This document shows, one piece after another, positions 1-10,060 of a stretch of DNA of 64,000 nt. A program made the translations under genes and the position numbers. The notes below the pieces were generated by a model. It was not told where the DNA came from. It saw only the letters and a program-made list of their open reading frames with translations, and searched no databases. The stretch comes from a virus. Where the stretch lies: positions 3,998 to 67,997 of IMG/VR virus record IMGVR_UViG_3300018049_000017; one strand, written 5' to 3'. The stretch's first letter is position 1. The number at the start of each line of letters is the position of its first letter.

Positions 1-2
1 TT

Positions 3-272
3 AGATTAATAGTACGAAATGATTTAGTATCACAGGCAGAAAGCTTTGGGTATATGTTGGATAATCCTGAGCAGGAAGGCAAAAAGTATAACTACAGAAA
101 AATAAGTGAAGAACATTTATTAAATTGTTTAGTACATGTACAGCAGTTAGAAGTTGGTTTGAGAAAAGTAAGGGCTAAAATAAATGGAGAAATAGAATGT
201 TATGAAGATTTGTTCGATCAATTTAGTGCTGCAAGGCATAGACAAATTAAAGAAGAAGGTAGATTAATATAA
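3..272 (+). CDS. C-terminal part of a sulfotransferase-like protein (5' end lies outside the window)
   Basis: The frame is open from the window edge (RLIVRNDLVSQAESFGYM...). RxDxxxQAxS and YEDL resemble Stf0-type sulfotransferase motifs. Ends GRLI. Confidence 0.45.
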   Translation, partial: RLIVRNDLVSQAESFGYMLDNPEQEGKKYNYRKISEEHLLNCLVHVQQLEVGLRKVRAKINGEIECYEDLFDQFSAARHRQIKEEGRLI

Positions 273-487
273 TGGTAAGTAGAAAAAGACATATACTTAA
301 AACTATCACTTGGAGAATAATAGGTACATTAGATACTATGATTCTTTCATGGATAATTACAGGCAATTGGAAATTTGGAATTGCTATCGGGGGTGTCGAG
401 TTAATAACAAAAATGGTTCTTTATTATTTCCACGAAAGAGCCTGGTATAGGTTTAGTAAATATGGAGTTAAAAAAACTAATAAGTAA
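272..487 (+). CDS. DUF2061-like small membrane protein
   Basis: RHILKTITWRIIGTLDT...KMVLYYFHERAW signature, two hydrophobic helices. Confidence 0.8.
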   Translation: MVSRKRHILKTITWRIIGTLDTMILSWIITGNWKFGIAIGGVELITKMVLYYFHERAWYRFSKYGVKKTNK

Positions 488-1259
488 AGTAGACGATAGT
501 TACGAAAGAATAAAGTTACTTAAAGACGCTTGTAAAGGAGAAACTATATACATTACTACTCCTGGTCCTTCCTTGACTTCTCACAATAGAGATATATTAG
601 TAGAAAAACTAAAAGATAAGATAGTTCTTGCATGTAAGCAATCATATAATTACGTTAAAGAAGTTGCCACCTTTCATCTAATGTCAGCCTATGGATACCA
701 ACCTTATGATTACTACTCAGATGATACTATAGTTCATTGGCAGCTTACTGCTATGAATGTACCAGGTGAGTTACAAAGAATAAAACAGGAATGGAAACAT
801 AAAGCAGATATAATGATTCCATGTTACTCTACTCCTTGGGTTGATATGTATAACACTACGGCATTTAGTAGACGATTTGATCAATTCGAATCATACAGTG
901 AAGGAAAGATTATTTGGGGACCTGGTATAATGTATGAATCAGGTATTCCTTTAGCTATGCATTTAGGAGCTAAAGAAATAGTTACTATAGGATGGGATAT
1001 TGGAGACTTATCTAAATTTGAAAGTGAAAAAGGATACAAATTAGGAGATGACGATTGGAGAAAAGAGCATGCTGAGGATTTATATGCTGAAGGAGTGCAT
1101 GCTGGAGCAGGACCTGATTATGAAGAATTAAAAGAGACTATCGATAGCACGAAAGAAATGTACGATTATTTCTTGGAAAAGGGAATTAAATTTCGTATAT
1201 TATCTAATACCAGCCCTGCTGATGGTAGATTTAAACGTATTACTATAGATGAGTTATAA
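462..1259 (+). CDS. DUF115/Maf-like (sialyltransferase-fold) putative sugar transferase
   Basis: GPSL near the N-terminus and LAMHLGAKEIVTIGWD motif. Confidence 0.6.
   Translation: MELKKLISKVDDSYERIKLLKDACKGETIYITTPGPSLTSHNRDILVEKLKDKIVLACKQSYNYVKEVATFHLMSAYGYQPYDYYSDDTIVHWQLTAMNVPGELQRIKQEWKHKADIMIPCYSTPWVDMYNTTAFSRRFDQFESYSEGKIIWGPGIMYESGIPLAMHLGAKEIVTIGWDIGDLSKFESEKGYKLGDDDWRKEHAEDLYAEGVHAGAGPDYEELKETIDSTKEMYDYFLEKGIKFRILSNTSPADGRFKRITIDEL
1173..1203 (+). promoter_or_regulatory. Bacteroidota-type promoter inside a gene
   Basis: TTG(1173)-N20-TATATTAT(1196), 46 bp upstream of the next ATG. Confidence 0.5.
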
Positions 1260-2064
1260 ATTAGCAATATACATAAAAACTTATAGTGGAGATTTTTTAA
1301 GGATTAAAAACCTTTTGAGATCAATACAAGAATTTAATATTGATGATATACCTGTATTTATATCTTGTCCTAGAGATCAATCTGGTTCTCTATTCTCAAT
1401 GATTGGTAAAGAAGGATATACTTATATACCTGATGAGTATATATTTACTCCTTCATATAGAATACCCGGATGGGAAGAACAAATGCTTGTTAAATTAAAT
1501 GCTTGGAAAAACATCGATGCTGACAACCTTCTTATTATAGATTCAGATGCTGAGTTTGTTAGGGAGTTTTACTTAGATGATTTTATAGCATACGATAATG
1601 TACCTTATACTATCATGCATGAGAATAAGCAAGTATCAGAATATGAGGCAGCTCTCAAGGGTGGTGATTATTCTAAGACTGGGTATGTTAAAGCAGTATT
1701 AGCCTACAGAGAGTTGTTTGGAGGTAAATCTAAGAAGATATACGATTATGGACCTAATCCTCACTTATGGTCTAGGAAAGTATTAGAAAGCTTCGAAGAA
1801 AATTATCTTAAGTATAATGACTTAACTATGGAAAACTTCTGTTTTGGTATAAAGAGTCAGTATGATATACATTTTAGAGAGACGTTAACATACGGAGAGT
1901 ATCTTTTAGCTGGTAGAGCAATAGATATAGTTCCTTGTGGGCCTTTCTTTAAAACGTATCATTGGAAAGAGATGTGGGACTTTGAAGAAGGTACTGGGTT
2001 AGAGTTAAAAGATAATATAAAGAAAAGTTATTTAGGTATCATTAAACAATCTAATTGGTCATGA
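1249..2064 (+). CDS. DUF6492-like GT-A fold protein
   Basis: IYIKTYSGDF.R...L..S, GWEEQMLVKL and IIDSD (DxD) motifs. Confidence 0.6.
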   Translation: MSYKLAIYIKTYSGDFLRIKNLLRSIQEFNIDDIPVFISCPRDQSGSLFSMIGKEGYTYIPDEYIFTPSYRIPGWEEQMLVKLNAWKNIDADNLLIIDSDAEFVREFYLDDFIAYDNVPYTIMHENKQVSEYEAALKGGDYSKTGYVKAVLAYRELFGGKSKKIYDYGPNPHLWSRKVLESFEENYLKYNDLTMENFCFGIKSQYDIHFRETLTYGEYLLAGRAIDIVPCGPFFKTYHWKEMWDFEEGTGLELKDNIKKSYLGIIKQSNWS

Positions 2065-2939
2065 TATTATATCAAGTACATCATATGTGGTATGAGACTA
2101 GCATGATAGACGAATGCTGGACATCGGTAAATAATGCATTAAAAGCTGCACCTAATGTTGATGTAAAGATACAGATATGTTTTAATTTTCAAACCTATAT
2201 TGAAAAACCAAAAGGTGATATTAGAGTAATGTTAGAAAAGCATCAAGGTCATCCTTTGTTTAGAGATAACGATATAGATGTTACTATAAAAGATGATAAT
2301 GATCCATTTTACAACATAGCCGATTGGAGAAGAGAAGTGTATGATCCTAAAGCTAAGTACACAGTATGGGGTGAAACAGATACTATCTTACCTAGAGATT
2401 TTTTTGCTATACTAGATATGGTCAACATAGAACAGCCTCATGTATTAACATTTGCTGGTAGGCCGATGTGGGACAATAGTTGGGATGTAGTAACGCATGA
2501 AAAACTATTAGGATACTCTAAGCCTTGTCAATGTGGTGATGAGCATAGAGAAGATTGTATTGAATTATTAGAAGCACCTCTTAAATATAAAGACTATATA
2601 ACTCAGGAGGAACTAGATAAGTTCAATGATGAGGCTGGTGATATAAAAATAGAACAGGTACCTTGGAAGATTGATGGCAGTACGGTTTGTATATCAGGAG
2701 GTTTAGAAACACCTTTTATTGCTCCTGGAATGCATTTTGTTAGAGAGGATACTTGTTTAGAATTTTATCTTAGAAAGAAAAATATACCTCAAGTATGTAT
2801 TAAGTCTAGGTTAAAAGGACATAATTACAAACACCCTAACAAAAGAGTAGGGACTGATTCTACTAGAAATGATAAAGTATTTAAAAAGTATGCTGATGTA
2901 AGTATAGAATCAATGCAAAAATTTATAAGTGAACTATGA
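2055..2939 (+). CDS. putative GT-A fold glycosyltransferase
   Basis: WGETD (ExD), REDT and a late His. Sits in a glycosyltransferase operon. Confidence 0.45.
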   Translation: MVMILYQVHHMWYETSMIDECWTSVNNALKAAPNVDVKIQICFNFQTYIEKPKGDIRVMLEKHQGHPLFRDNDIDVTIKDDNDPFYNIADWRREVYDPKAKYTVWGETDTILPRDFFAILDMVNIEQPHVLTFAGRPMWDNSWDVVTHEKLLGYSKPCQCGDEHREDCIELLEAPLKYKDYITQEELDKFNDEAGDIKIEQVPWKIDGSTVCISGGLETPFIAPGMHFVREDTCLEFYLRKKNIPQVCIKSRLKGHNYKHPNKRVGTDSTRNDKVFKKYADVSIESMQKFISEL

Positions 2940-3769
2940 TAACATTTTGTATAAGTACCTATAATAATTTACCTTATTTAAAACTAGCTGTAGATTCAGT
3001 TAGAACATATTCATATTGGAAAGATGCTCCATTTATTATCCATGCAGAAAATTGTACTGATGGAACAAATGAGTGGTTAAAAGAAAATGCTTTAGATTTA
3101 AATCTAGAGTTTTATATCGATAAAAATGATAAACCAAAAGGGATAGGAGGAGGAATGAACTTCTGTGCCGAAAAAGTCAAAACAGAATACATTAACTTTC
3201 TTCACTCAGACTTTTATGTCACCCAGAACTGGGATTTGGAACTAATGAAAGTTCACGAACAATTCCCAGAAAAAAAACTTTGGGTCAATTCATTTCGAAT
3301 TGAGCCGAATATGTTTGGTGACCAAGACAGACCAGGTACCCATTTCGTACCAAAGAATGCTTTTGGTGCTTACCATGATGATTTCAACCCTATCAGAATG
3401 TGTAAATATGCTAATGAGTTAGCGGAAAAAAATGATTTCCTTATTCCTAAAGGAGAAGGAGTATCTGGTCTGGTGAAGAAAAGTGTATGGGATGAAACTG
3501 GAGGTAATGATCCTTTATTTGCTCCTACAAGTTGGGATGACTATGATTTATTTTGGAGGATGTTACAGAATGGAGTAGAGTTTTTGATGCCTACTAAATC
3601 GGTTGTATGGCATTTTGGAGCTAGAGGCTCTCATAGATTAGAAGAAAATAATAATCAAACCTCAGATAGACAAAGAATGTCTGAACAAGCTAATGCTCAA
3701 AAGTTTTTTAATAAATGGGGAGGGTTACCAAAGTTTAACGAATATGGAATGATATGCGACATACAGTAA
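2936..3769 (+). CDS. glycosyltransferase family 2
   Basis: ITFCISTYNN, ENCTDGT, FLHSD, WDDYD and VWHFG motifs. Confidence 0.85.
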   Translation: MITFCISTYNNLPYLKLAVDSVRTYSYWKDAPFIIHAENCTDGTNEWLKENALDLNLEFYIDKNDKPKGIGGGMNFCAEKVKTEYINFLHSDFYVTQNWDLELMKVHEQFPEKKLWVNSFRIEPNMFGDQDRPGTHFVPKNAFGAYHDDFNPIRMCKYANELAEKNDFLIPKGEGVSGLVKKSVWDETGGNDPLFAPTSWDDYDLFWRMLQNGVEFLMPTKSVVWHFGARGSHRLEENNNQTSDRQRMSEQANAQKFFNKWGGLPKFNEYGMICDIQ

Positions 3770-4887
3770 TTATACCTTCATATAATACGTTACCCCATCT
3801 TAAGAATACTTATGAGAGTATCAAAAGATATGGAGGCGATGTAGATATTATAATTATAGACGATGCATCTAACGATGGAACAGCTGAATGGTTAATAAGC
3901 TTAAGCGATGAAAGACTTAATAGAGTATTAGGTACTGAACGTAAAGGACATACTTATTGGTATGATGAAGGAATGAGAATAGCTGAGACAGAAATAGTTT
4001 CTATCTTACATTCAGATATGATTATAGGCCCTGGTTACTTTGAAAACTTACTTAAACATTTAAAGAGAGGTAAAGTAGTCTGTGCTACTAGAATTGAACC
4101 TCCTATACATCCTGCTGGTAGAGAAAAAATAGTAAGGAACTTCGGGATGGAGGCAGATGAATTTGTATGGGATACTTTTGAAAAGTTTGTTATACAAGAA
4201 AAAGCTGATAGTGTCAACCTTACTACTAAAGGTATATTTGCTCCTTGGATGTTATATAAAGAAGATCATTTATCGATAGGAGGACATGATCAAAGATTTG
4301 CACCTTTTGGTTATGAAGACTCAGATATTTTTAACAGATGGATACTTGCTGGGTATGAAATGGTTCAAGCTAGAGATGCTCTATGTTATCATATGACTTG
4401 TAGAGGTCATAAATGGAACGCAGGAGTAGGAATAGAAAATCCTGATTACAGAGAAATAATGACTAGATGTGAAAGGGAGTATCAACGTAAATGGGGCGAT
4501 TGGATACAGAATGATCATTATCAACATCCGATTATTAATCCAAAGTATGATAGAGGTATAATAATAAAAAATTGTACTGAAGAATTAATAGGTCAGTTGG
4601 AACCTTGGGGTGATACTTTATATGTTGATTGTCCATATAGAGACTATATCGATAAAGAAAGCAAAAGAACTGTCGTTGATCTTTGGAAAAAAATTAAACC
4701 GTATGATAACGAAAAGAATAATGCTATTTTAGTTGAGGTAGATGCTAAGACATTCACTCAACAAGATTATATTTATATTAGACAACTAAGTCCAATACTA
4801 AAACAAAATCAACCTGAACCAGGACAGGTTACTTTAGGAAATTTAAAACTTAATATTATTAAATATGAAGAAGAAATACCTTGTTGA
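3754..4887 (+). CDS. glycosyltransferase family 2
   Basis: VIIPSYN, IIDDASNDGT, LHSD, GGHD..F...YEDSD and YH motifs. Confidence 0.9.
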   Translation: MRHTVIIPSYNTLPHLKNTYESIKRYGGDVDIIIIDDASNDGTAEWLISLSDERLNRVLGTERKGHTYWYDEGMRIAETEIVSILHSDMIIGPGYFENLLKHLKRGKVVCATRIEPPIHPAGREKIVRNFGMEADEFVWDTFEKFVIQEKADSVNLTTKGIFAPWMLYKEDHLSIGGHDQRFAPFGYEDSDIFNRWILAGYEMVQARDALCYHMTCRGHKWNAGVGIENPDYREIMTRCEREYQRKWGDWIQNDHYQHPIINPKYDRGIIIKNCTEELIGQLEPWGDTLYVDCPYRDYIDKESKRTVVDLWKKIKPYDNEKNNAILVEVDAKTFTQQDYIYIRQLSPILKQNQPEPGQVTLGNLKLNIIKYEEEIPC

Positions 4888-5041
4888 GTTTACATATAAC
4901 AACGGAGAAAAAGAAGAAGTTACTTTGACCACAGATAATATAAAATGGTCTATAGAACAGTATTGTAGGAACAGACATATTATTAATCATCAAATATTAG
5001 AAGAAGGCAATAGTTCTACTAAACAAATGCTTTTTGGTTGA
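4865..5041 (+). CDS. small hypothetical protein, 58 aa (not in ORF track)
   Basis: Hand translation MKKKYLVEFTYNNGEKEEV...KQMLFG*. Fills the intergenic gap. Confidence 0.7.
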   Translation: MKKKYLVEFTYNNGEKEEVTLTTDNIKWSIEQYCRNRHIINHQILEEGNSSTKQMLFG

Positions 5042-5063
5042 TATTTATATAAAAGACTATTCA

Positions 5064-5441
5064 ATGAATAAAATAGAAAAATACGTAAAAAACTTTATAT
5101 CAGAAGCAGCAAAGATAAATTTTGCAGGACATTCTTTTATTTTAAAAGTTGACACTAACGAAGATCCTCAAAAGAAAGGAGTAAAAGTACAATTCCTTCC
5201 TACTCAGTTTGGTGGCATTACTCCTACTGAACAAAATGATATTGCTATTGAATTAGAAACTAGATTAGAAAAAGGTTTATCTCAATTCGATATGAGAGTA
5301 GAAAGAGATAGAAACTTAAAAGATAAAACAGTTATTGGTTTCTTTATTTACATTGAGTATTTCGATAGAATTATTAGAAAGGCTCTTTCAGGACAAAATC
5401 CAGACAGCTCTTCTATAGAAAAAGAACCAGAAGCTATTTAG
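5064..5441 (+). CDS. hypothetical protein, late-motif preceded, possible E-terminated leader
   Basis: ATG at 5064 follows TATTTATA (5042). N-terminus is MNKIEKYVKNFISE-A. Confidence 0.7.
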   Translation: MNKIEKYVKNFISEAAKINFAGHSFILKVDTNEDPQKKGVKVQFLPTQFGGITPTEQNDIAIELETRLEKGLSQFDMRVERDRNLKDKTVIGFFIYIEYFDRIIRKALSGQNPDSSSIEKEPEAI

Positions 5442-5470
5442 TTTCTAGTTACATAATAAGTTATAGTTAT

Positions 5471-6229
5471 ATGTTTAGAAAAATCTATACGTTTGGGTGC
5501 TCTTTCTCCGCACCGTACTGGCTTGAAGAAGAAAAAACATACACTAGCCTACTAGCTAAAAACTATAACTGTGAGGAGTTAAACAACTCTAAACCTGCTG
5601 ACTGTAATGATGCTATCTTTTTAAAATTTACAGATCATCTTCCTGATTTTAAAGAGAACGATCTAATCATTTATCAATTTACTTCCTACAATAGAGAAGG
5701 ATTCTATATTAATAATCATAAAAAGTATTTTTCTACTGCAGGTTTGTCTCCTGACCCAGAACATAATAGAAAACTATTAGATGAATTTGGAGGAGGAAGA
5801 GCTAAGTATAAGATTACTGATGATGAAATAATGACTCTTTTAGATTATACTACAATATGGTCTATATACTCTCTTCGTAATAAATTTTTAAGAGTATATA
5901 ATATTTTACAGTATTTAAAAGAAGAAAAAAATATAGACTACCAGGTATTATTTTTAGATAATCTATTTAGTTCTATAGTCTCTTCATATAACTTATTAAA
6001 GTTACCAACTAGATCAAATGAATTAAATGTAGGTATAAAAGAATGGGTTACTGCTAATAAATTAAGGTTAATAGATATGCCTACTGTTTATCACAAACAA
6101 AGAGATGAACATATTTCAATTGAAGAAGCAGGAATATACAAACAAGATAAACACCCTAATGAAAAAGCTCATGAATTGATAGCTAAAGCTATTATGAATA
6201 AACTAACTGAAAAAGCATCGTTAATATGA
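5471..6229 (+). CDS. SGNH/GDSL-like hydrolase or acyltransferase
   Basis: FGCSFS block I and DKHPNEKAH block V. Ends KASLI. Confidence 0.75.
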   Translation: MFRKIYTFGCSFSAPYWLEEEKTYTSLLAKNYNCEELNNSKPADCNDAIFLKFTDHLPDFKENDLIIYQFTSYNREGFYINNHKKYFSTAGLSPDPEHNRKLLDEFGGGRAKYKITDDEIMTLLDYTTIWSIYSLRNKFLRVYNILQYLKEEKNIDYQVLFLDNLFSSIVSSYNLLKLPTRSNELNVGIKEWVTANKLRLIDMPTVYHKQRDEHISIEEAGIYKQDKHPNEKAHELIAKAIMNKLTEKASLI

Positions 6230-6798
6230 ATTACAATGTAATAGTTTTATCGGTGAAGACAGATGTAGAGAGAAGAAAGCATATTACTAAAGTGTGTAAA
6301 ACTTTGAAGCTTAATTTTGACTTCTTTAATGCTTTAACTCCAGTTGATTTAGATGATAGTTTAATAAATACATACTATAGCAACATGGATGTATATCAAT
6401 ATCCTGAATTAAATCATAAGGCAGTATTTGCTACATTTGAAAGTCATAAAGAAATATTAAAGACAATCTATACGAGTAAACAAAACACATTAGTTTTAGA
6501 AGACGATTTAGTACCGATCAGGGACTATAATTTTACTGATATAGATTTCAGCTCTTTTGACCTACTTCAATTAATGTCTGAAATTAGTTGCTGTTATCAC
6601 TTTGTGAATTGGATATCAGCTGGGTTCCTTTATCAGAAATTTAATTCAAAAGATTATTATCCTACACAGGCTTTTGATTGGGAGTTACATAAATTAAGAA
6701 ACGAATTTAATATACAGACAGTAAACGAACCTGTCTTTGAACAAACAAATAATTTTAAATCACATTTAGCACCTTATGGTTACAAAAAAATTCATTAG
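6226..6798 (+). CDS. glycosyltransferase family 25-like
   Basis: ERRKHI, FESHKEIL and LVLEDD motifs. Confidence 0.75.
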   Translation: MNYNVIVLSVKTDVERRKHITKVCKTLKLNFDFFNALTPVDLDDSLINTYYSNMDVYQYPELNHKAVFATFESHKEILKTIYTSKQNTLVLEDDLVPIRDYNFTDIDFSSFDLLQLMSEISCCYHFVNWISAGFLYQKFNSKDYYPTQAFDWELHKLRNEFNIQTVNEPVFEQTNNFKSHLAPYGYKKIH

Positions 6799-7558
6799 AA
6801 TACTCTGGGGGAGTTTTGATAGATATAAAAATCAAATCGTTGAAGCTAGAAAAGATAACTTAAACGAAACAGTAGTGGTGTGGGGAGAAGATAATGCTAA
6901 TTTATTAGATGAATTAGGATACGATTGTCATTTAGTAAGCAACTCAGCTTATGATCCTTCTATAGCTGCTGATCATACATTTAAAGATCATAGAAGCTTG
7001 ATACACAAAATAGAAGGATTAAAAATAGCATTAGACTTACTGTATGATGAGATAGTATTTGTCGATTGGGACTGTAGAAAAGTAAAAGAGATAGATGATA
7101 ACTTTTGGAATTTATTAAGACAAAAAGAATCTAAGCTTCAAGTTCCTCTTTACACATACCCTAAAAAAGCATTTAACATAATGCTAGAAGATACAAAAAG
7201 AGAACCTCATATAAATAATTTCATCAAAAAGTTAAAAGAGTATATAGAAAAATATAGCTTTGAATATCAGACTAATCATATAATCCCTAATACTGGTTTT
7301 ATGTACTGTAATGATATTACTATCATAGATAAGTTACTAGAAATTATTAAGGCTAATGATCTTCAAACTGTACCTGACGAACTATCAGTATTTTTATACG
7401 GGCAGCATTTAGGTTTAAATCAGTTTATTAAAGAAATAGATCCATTAGTTATAGGTGGTAAGGTTCATGGATACGAATGGTGGAATAATATAGAAGATTC
7501 ATTTGATAAATACAAAGCATCGTTCGGTAATAAAACTAATTACTTTATACATTACTAA
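6776..7558 (+). CDS. putative DxD glycosyltransferase, paralogue of 27063-27773
   Basis: RILWG start, FVDWD, PLYTYPK, PNTGF, ends FIHY. Confidence 0.6.
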   Translation: MVTKKFIRILWGSFDRYKNQIVEARKDNLNETVVVWGEDNANLLDELGYDCHLVSNSAYDPSIAADHTFKDHRSLIHKIEGLKIALDLLYDEIVFVDWDCRKVKEIDDNFWNLLRQKESKLQVPLYTYPKKAFNIMLEDTKREPHINNFIKKLKEYIEKYSFEYQTNHIIPNTGFMYCNDITIIDKLLEIIKANDLQTVPDELSVFLYGQHLGLNQFIKEIDPLVIGGKVHGYEWWNNIEDSFDKYKASFGNKTNYFIHY

Positions 7559-7559
7559 T

Positions 7560-8294
7560 ATGCATTTTAAAAAAGCTTTAATACAATCACAAGAAGGATC
7601 ACCAATACATTATTTGGCTCCTATACCTGTTTATATGAAACAATTCGATGATGATGACCTTCATCAAAGAGTTTATGATTTAGGAATAGAAAAATTAGAT
7701 GCTGTTCAAAAGCAAATGGGACAAGAACTTCCTGAGCAGTTAGATTCAGAGAGGGTAGAGTCTTATTCGGTGAACTATGATAGACAAGATGATTGGGTAG
7801 AACCTAATGAGTTTCAACCTATAGGTAGTAGATTTTTTACTCCTCCTAATAATTTTCTTAACACTCCTGATCCAGATGTACAGGTTTTAGTTGATAGAAT
7901 TAAATCAGGATACATAGAACTTTTAGAAACATTACAACTAAAGAATAACAGGAACCCAGAAATCACAGAAAGCTGGATGCAGTACTATGATCCTTATAAA
8001 GGTAGAGGACATAATGCTCATAATCATTGTAGATGGAGCCCAGAAGAAGCTTCACCAACTTGTTTCTCTGGAGGATATTATTTGTCTGATGGTGAACCTA
8101 TTTTAGATCATCCTTACAGTGGGGTGTTTACTTTTCACATAAGAGGAGCAGCTCATTTTATTAGACCTAAAAAGGGAATGTTAATTATATGGCCGTATGA
8201 TATAGTACATTCTGTTAAACCATTTTACGGTAAATCAAATAGAGTAGTTATAAACTTTAACATTGAAGATTCAGAACTTAAAGGACTTTTATGA
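7560..8294 (+). CDS. 2OG-Fe(II) oxygenase
   Basis: HNH, SGGYY, GMLIIWP..IVHSV.P and RVVINFN motifs. Ends KGLL. Confidence 0.85.
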   Translation: MHFKKALIQSQEGSPIHYLAPIPVYMKQFDDDDLHQRVYDLGIEKLDAVQKQMGQELPEQLDSERVESYSVNYDRQDDWVEPNEFQPIGSRFFTPPNNFLNTPDPDVQVLVDRIKSGYIELLETLQLKNNRNPEITESWMQYYDPYKGRGHNAHNHCRWSPEEASPTCFSGGYYLSDGEPILDHPYSGVFTFHIRGAAHFIRPKKGMLIIWPYDIVHSVKPFYGKSNRVVINFNIEDSELKGLL

Positions 8295-9223
8295 ATAAAG
8301 ATTTCAGAGTAGTTTTTGTAAATTGGACTAAGCCTTATTTTTATAAGAAACAAGCTGAAGGATACAACTTTGATAAACTTGCTGATTTAACATCAGAAGA
8401 TTATGATATGGTTGATTATGAATTAAGAATTCAACAAGCAGCTATAGACTCAGTTAGAAAATATATGCCTGGTAATAGAATTTATCTATATACAGACACT
8501 GCTGGATATAATTTTTATAAACAAAAAGGAATGCTTCAAGACTTTGATTTTGTGAATATAGAAGTTTTAGATAACTATAATAAGACTGCTACTAATCCTG
8601 GTAAATGGTGGACTAGCGGTAAGTCTGTAGTTATGGGACATGTTACAACTCCATTTTTATTTTTAGATAACGATTTCATATTGCAATCTGCAATACCAGA
8701 TGAGTTTTGGGATTATGATTTAATTCATACACAATGGGAAATACAGAGAGGACATTTCTATGTCACTCAAGATATGTTTGATAAATTAGAGGTTCCTATA
8801 GATAACTTTGAGGAAAAGATGCTAATGCCTAACACTTCTTTTGTGTGGATGAATAGCGATACAATTAAAAATAACTACTATGAAAATCATTTAAAAATAG
8901 TAAATAAAGAGTATGAATCTATTCCGGAATGGCTATGGCTACTTTCTGATCAAGGGTTACTAGGTTACTGTGCTAGGGAACATCTTAATGCAAAAGTTGG
9001 AACTCTGGAGAAAAATGCTTATCTTTCTTATGCAGAGCATCCTAAAAAAGAGGATGAATGTGGGTACACTCCAATGTGGGTAGATATAAATAATAAGGAT
9101 CACTTTGATCACATTAAATATCGCCACATATGGATTGATAAAAGGAGAATGAAAAACGATATACAATTCAGAAGAAAAGTACTATCGGAGATCGAATTAA
9201 GAGAGAAGAAAGATTTATTGTAA
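8291..9223 (+). CDS. putative GT-A fold protein (DUF6734-like)
   Basis: LYTD..G, WTSGK, PFLFLDND, PNTS and DQ motifs. Ends KDLL. Confidence 0.55.
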   Translation: MNKDFRVVFVNWTKPYFYKKQAEGYNFDKLADLTSEDYDMVDYELRIQQAAIDSVRKYMPGNRIYLYTDTAGYNFYKQKGMLQDFDFVNIEVLDNYNKTATNPGKWWTSGKSVVMGHVTTPFLFLDNDFILQSAIPDEFWDYDLIHTQWEIQRGHFYVTQDMFDKLEVPIDNFEEKMLMPNTSFVWMNSDTIKNNYYENHLKIVNKEYESIPEWLWLLSDQGLLGYCAREHLNAKVGTLEKNAYLSYAEHPKKEDECGYTPMWVDINNKDHFDHIKYRHIWIDKRRMKNDIQFRRKVLSEIELREKKDLL

Positions 9224-9246
9224 ATATTTATTAAAAAGTAGACACC

Positions 9247-9657
9247 ATGGAATCAAAACCACCTATCAAATCATTAAGAAGGGTTCTACAAAATATACAC
9301 CAGGTAGGTTTCAGAATAAGAAAAATACAACCAGATGTTGAAAGTATGAACAAAGCCGCTTTTATCAGAGTTTTAAAGAATCTAAAAAAGATAGAAGATA
9401 GAAGAGACTTTATGCAATCAGAAATCGGTATGGATGTGACTGCATATGAAGATTTATTCTTTAACGTAATAGAAGATATGTTTAAATTAATGTTCTCTAA
9501 AGAACAATTAGCTCTTATTCAAATGTACCTTTATCAACTTCAACCAGATAAGGAATGGGATGGTACAATTATGTTAGAGAAAAATAAAAAAGAATTTAAA
9601 GTAAATTTTAAAACTCCTGAGGACGTTTGGAATGTATTGAAAGAAATAGGAAAATAG
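9247..9657 (+). CDS. hypothetical protein
   Basis: Clean ORF preceded by TATTTATT at 9225. Confidence 0.7.
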   Translation: MESKPPIKSLRRVLQNIHQVGFRIRKIQPDVESMNKAAFIRVLKNLKKIEDRRDFMQSEIGMDVTAYEDLFFNVIEDMFKLMFSKEQLALIQMYLYQLQPDKEWDGTIMLEKNKKEFKVNFKTPEDVWNVLKEIGK

Positions 9658-9688
9658 TTGTTTTTCTGCGTATTTTTTCTTATATTTA
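9658..9688 (+). promoter_or_regulatory. Bacteroidota-type early promoter
   Basis: TTG(9658)-N20-TATATTTA(9681). Confidence 0.75.
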
Positions 9689-9706
9689 GTAGTTAAAATT
9701 AGTTAT

Positions 9707-10060
9707 ATGAATAAAACTCTCAAAATGATTCCTTGCCCGAAATGCGGTGAGGACTTTCCAGAACTTAGACTAACTCAATACGGATACAATTACTGTGTTA
9801 ATTGTTCTACTACTGAAAAAGTAGTTGGTATTACTACAGTAGAAGGTACTGGAGATCACACTTACAATGATATTATTATTATGGATGCTGCTAAGGCTAG
9901 AAGAATAGCTGCTGCTGAGGCTGAGTATACAGGTAATAAGAAAGTAGCATTAGAATTACTAAACTATGATGATGAAAACGAGAATTCAGTATCGCAATCT
10001 ATGAAAGAAAGCATACAAAGGGTTCTCGATGACGAAGACGATAACGATTATATCACATAA
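9707..10060 (+). CDS. DksA/TraR-type C4 zinc-finger protein
   Basis: CPKCGEDFPELRL...CVNCS, acidic tail. Confidence 0.65.
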   Translation: MNKTLKMIPCPKCGEDFPELRLTQYGYNYCVNCSTTEKVVGITTVEGTGDHTYNDIIIMDAAKARRIAAAEAEYTGNKKVALELLNYDDENENSVSQSMKESIQRVLDDEDDNDYIT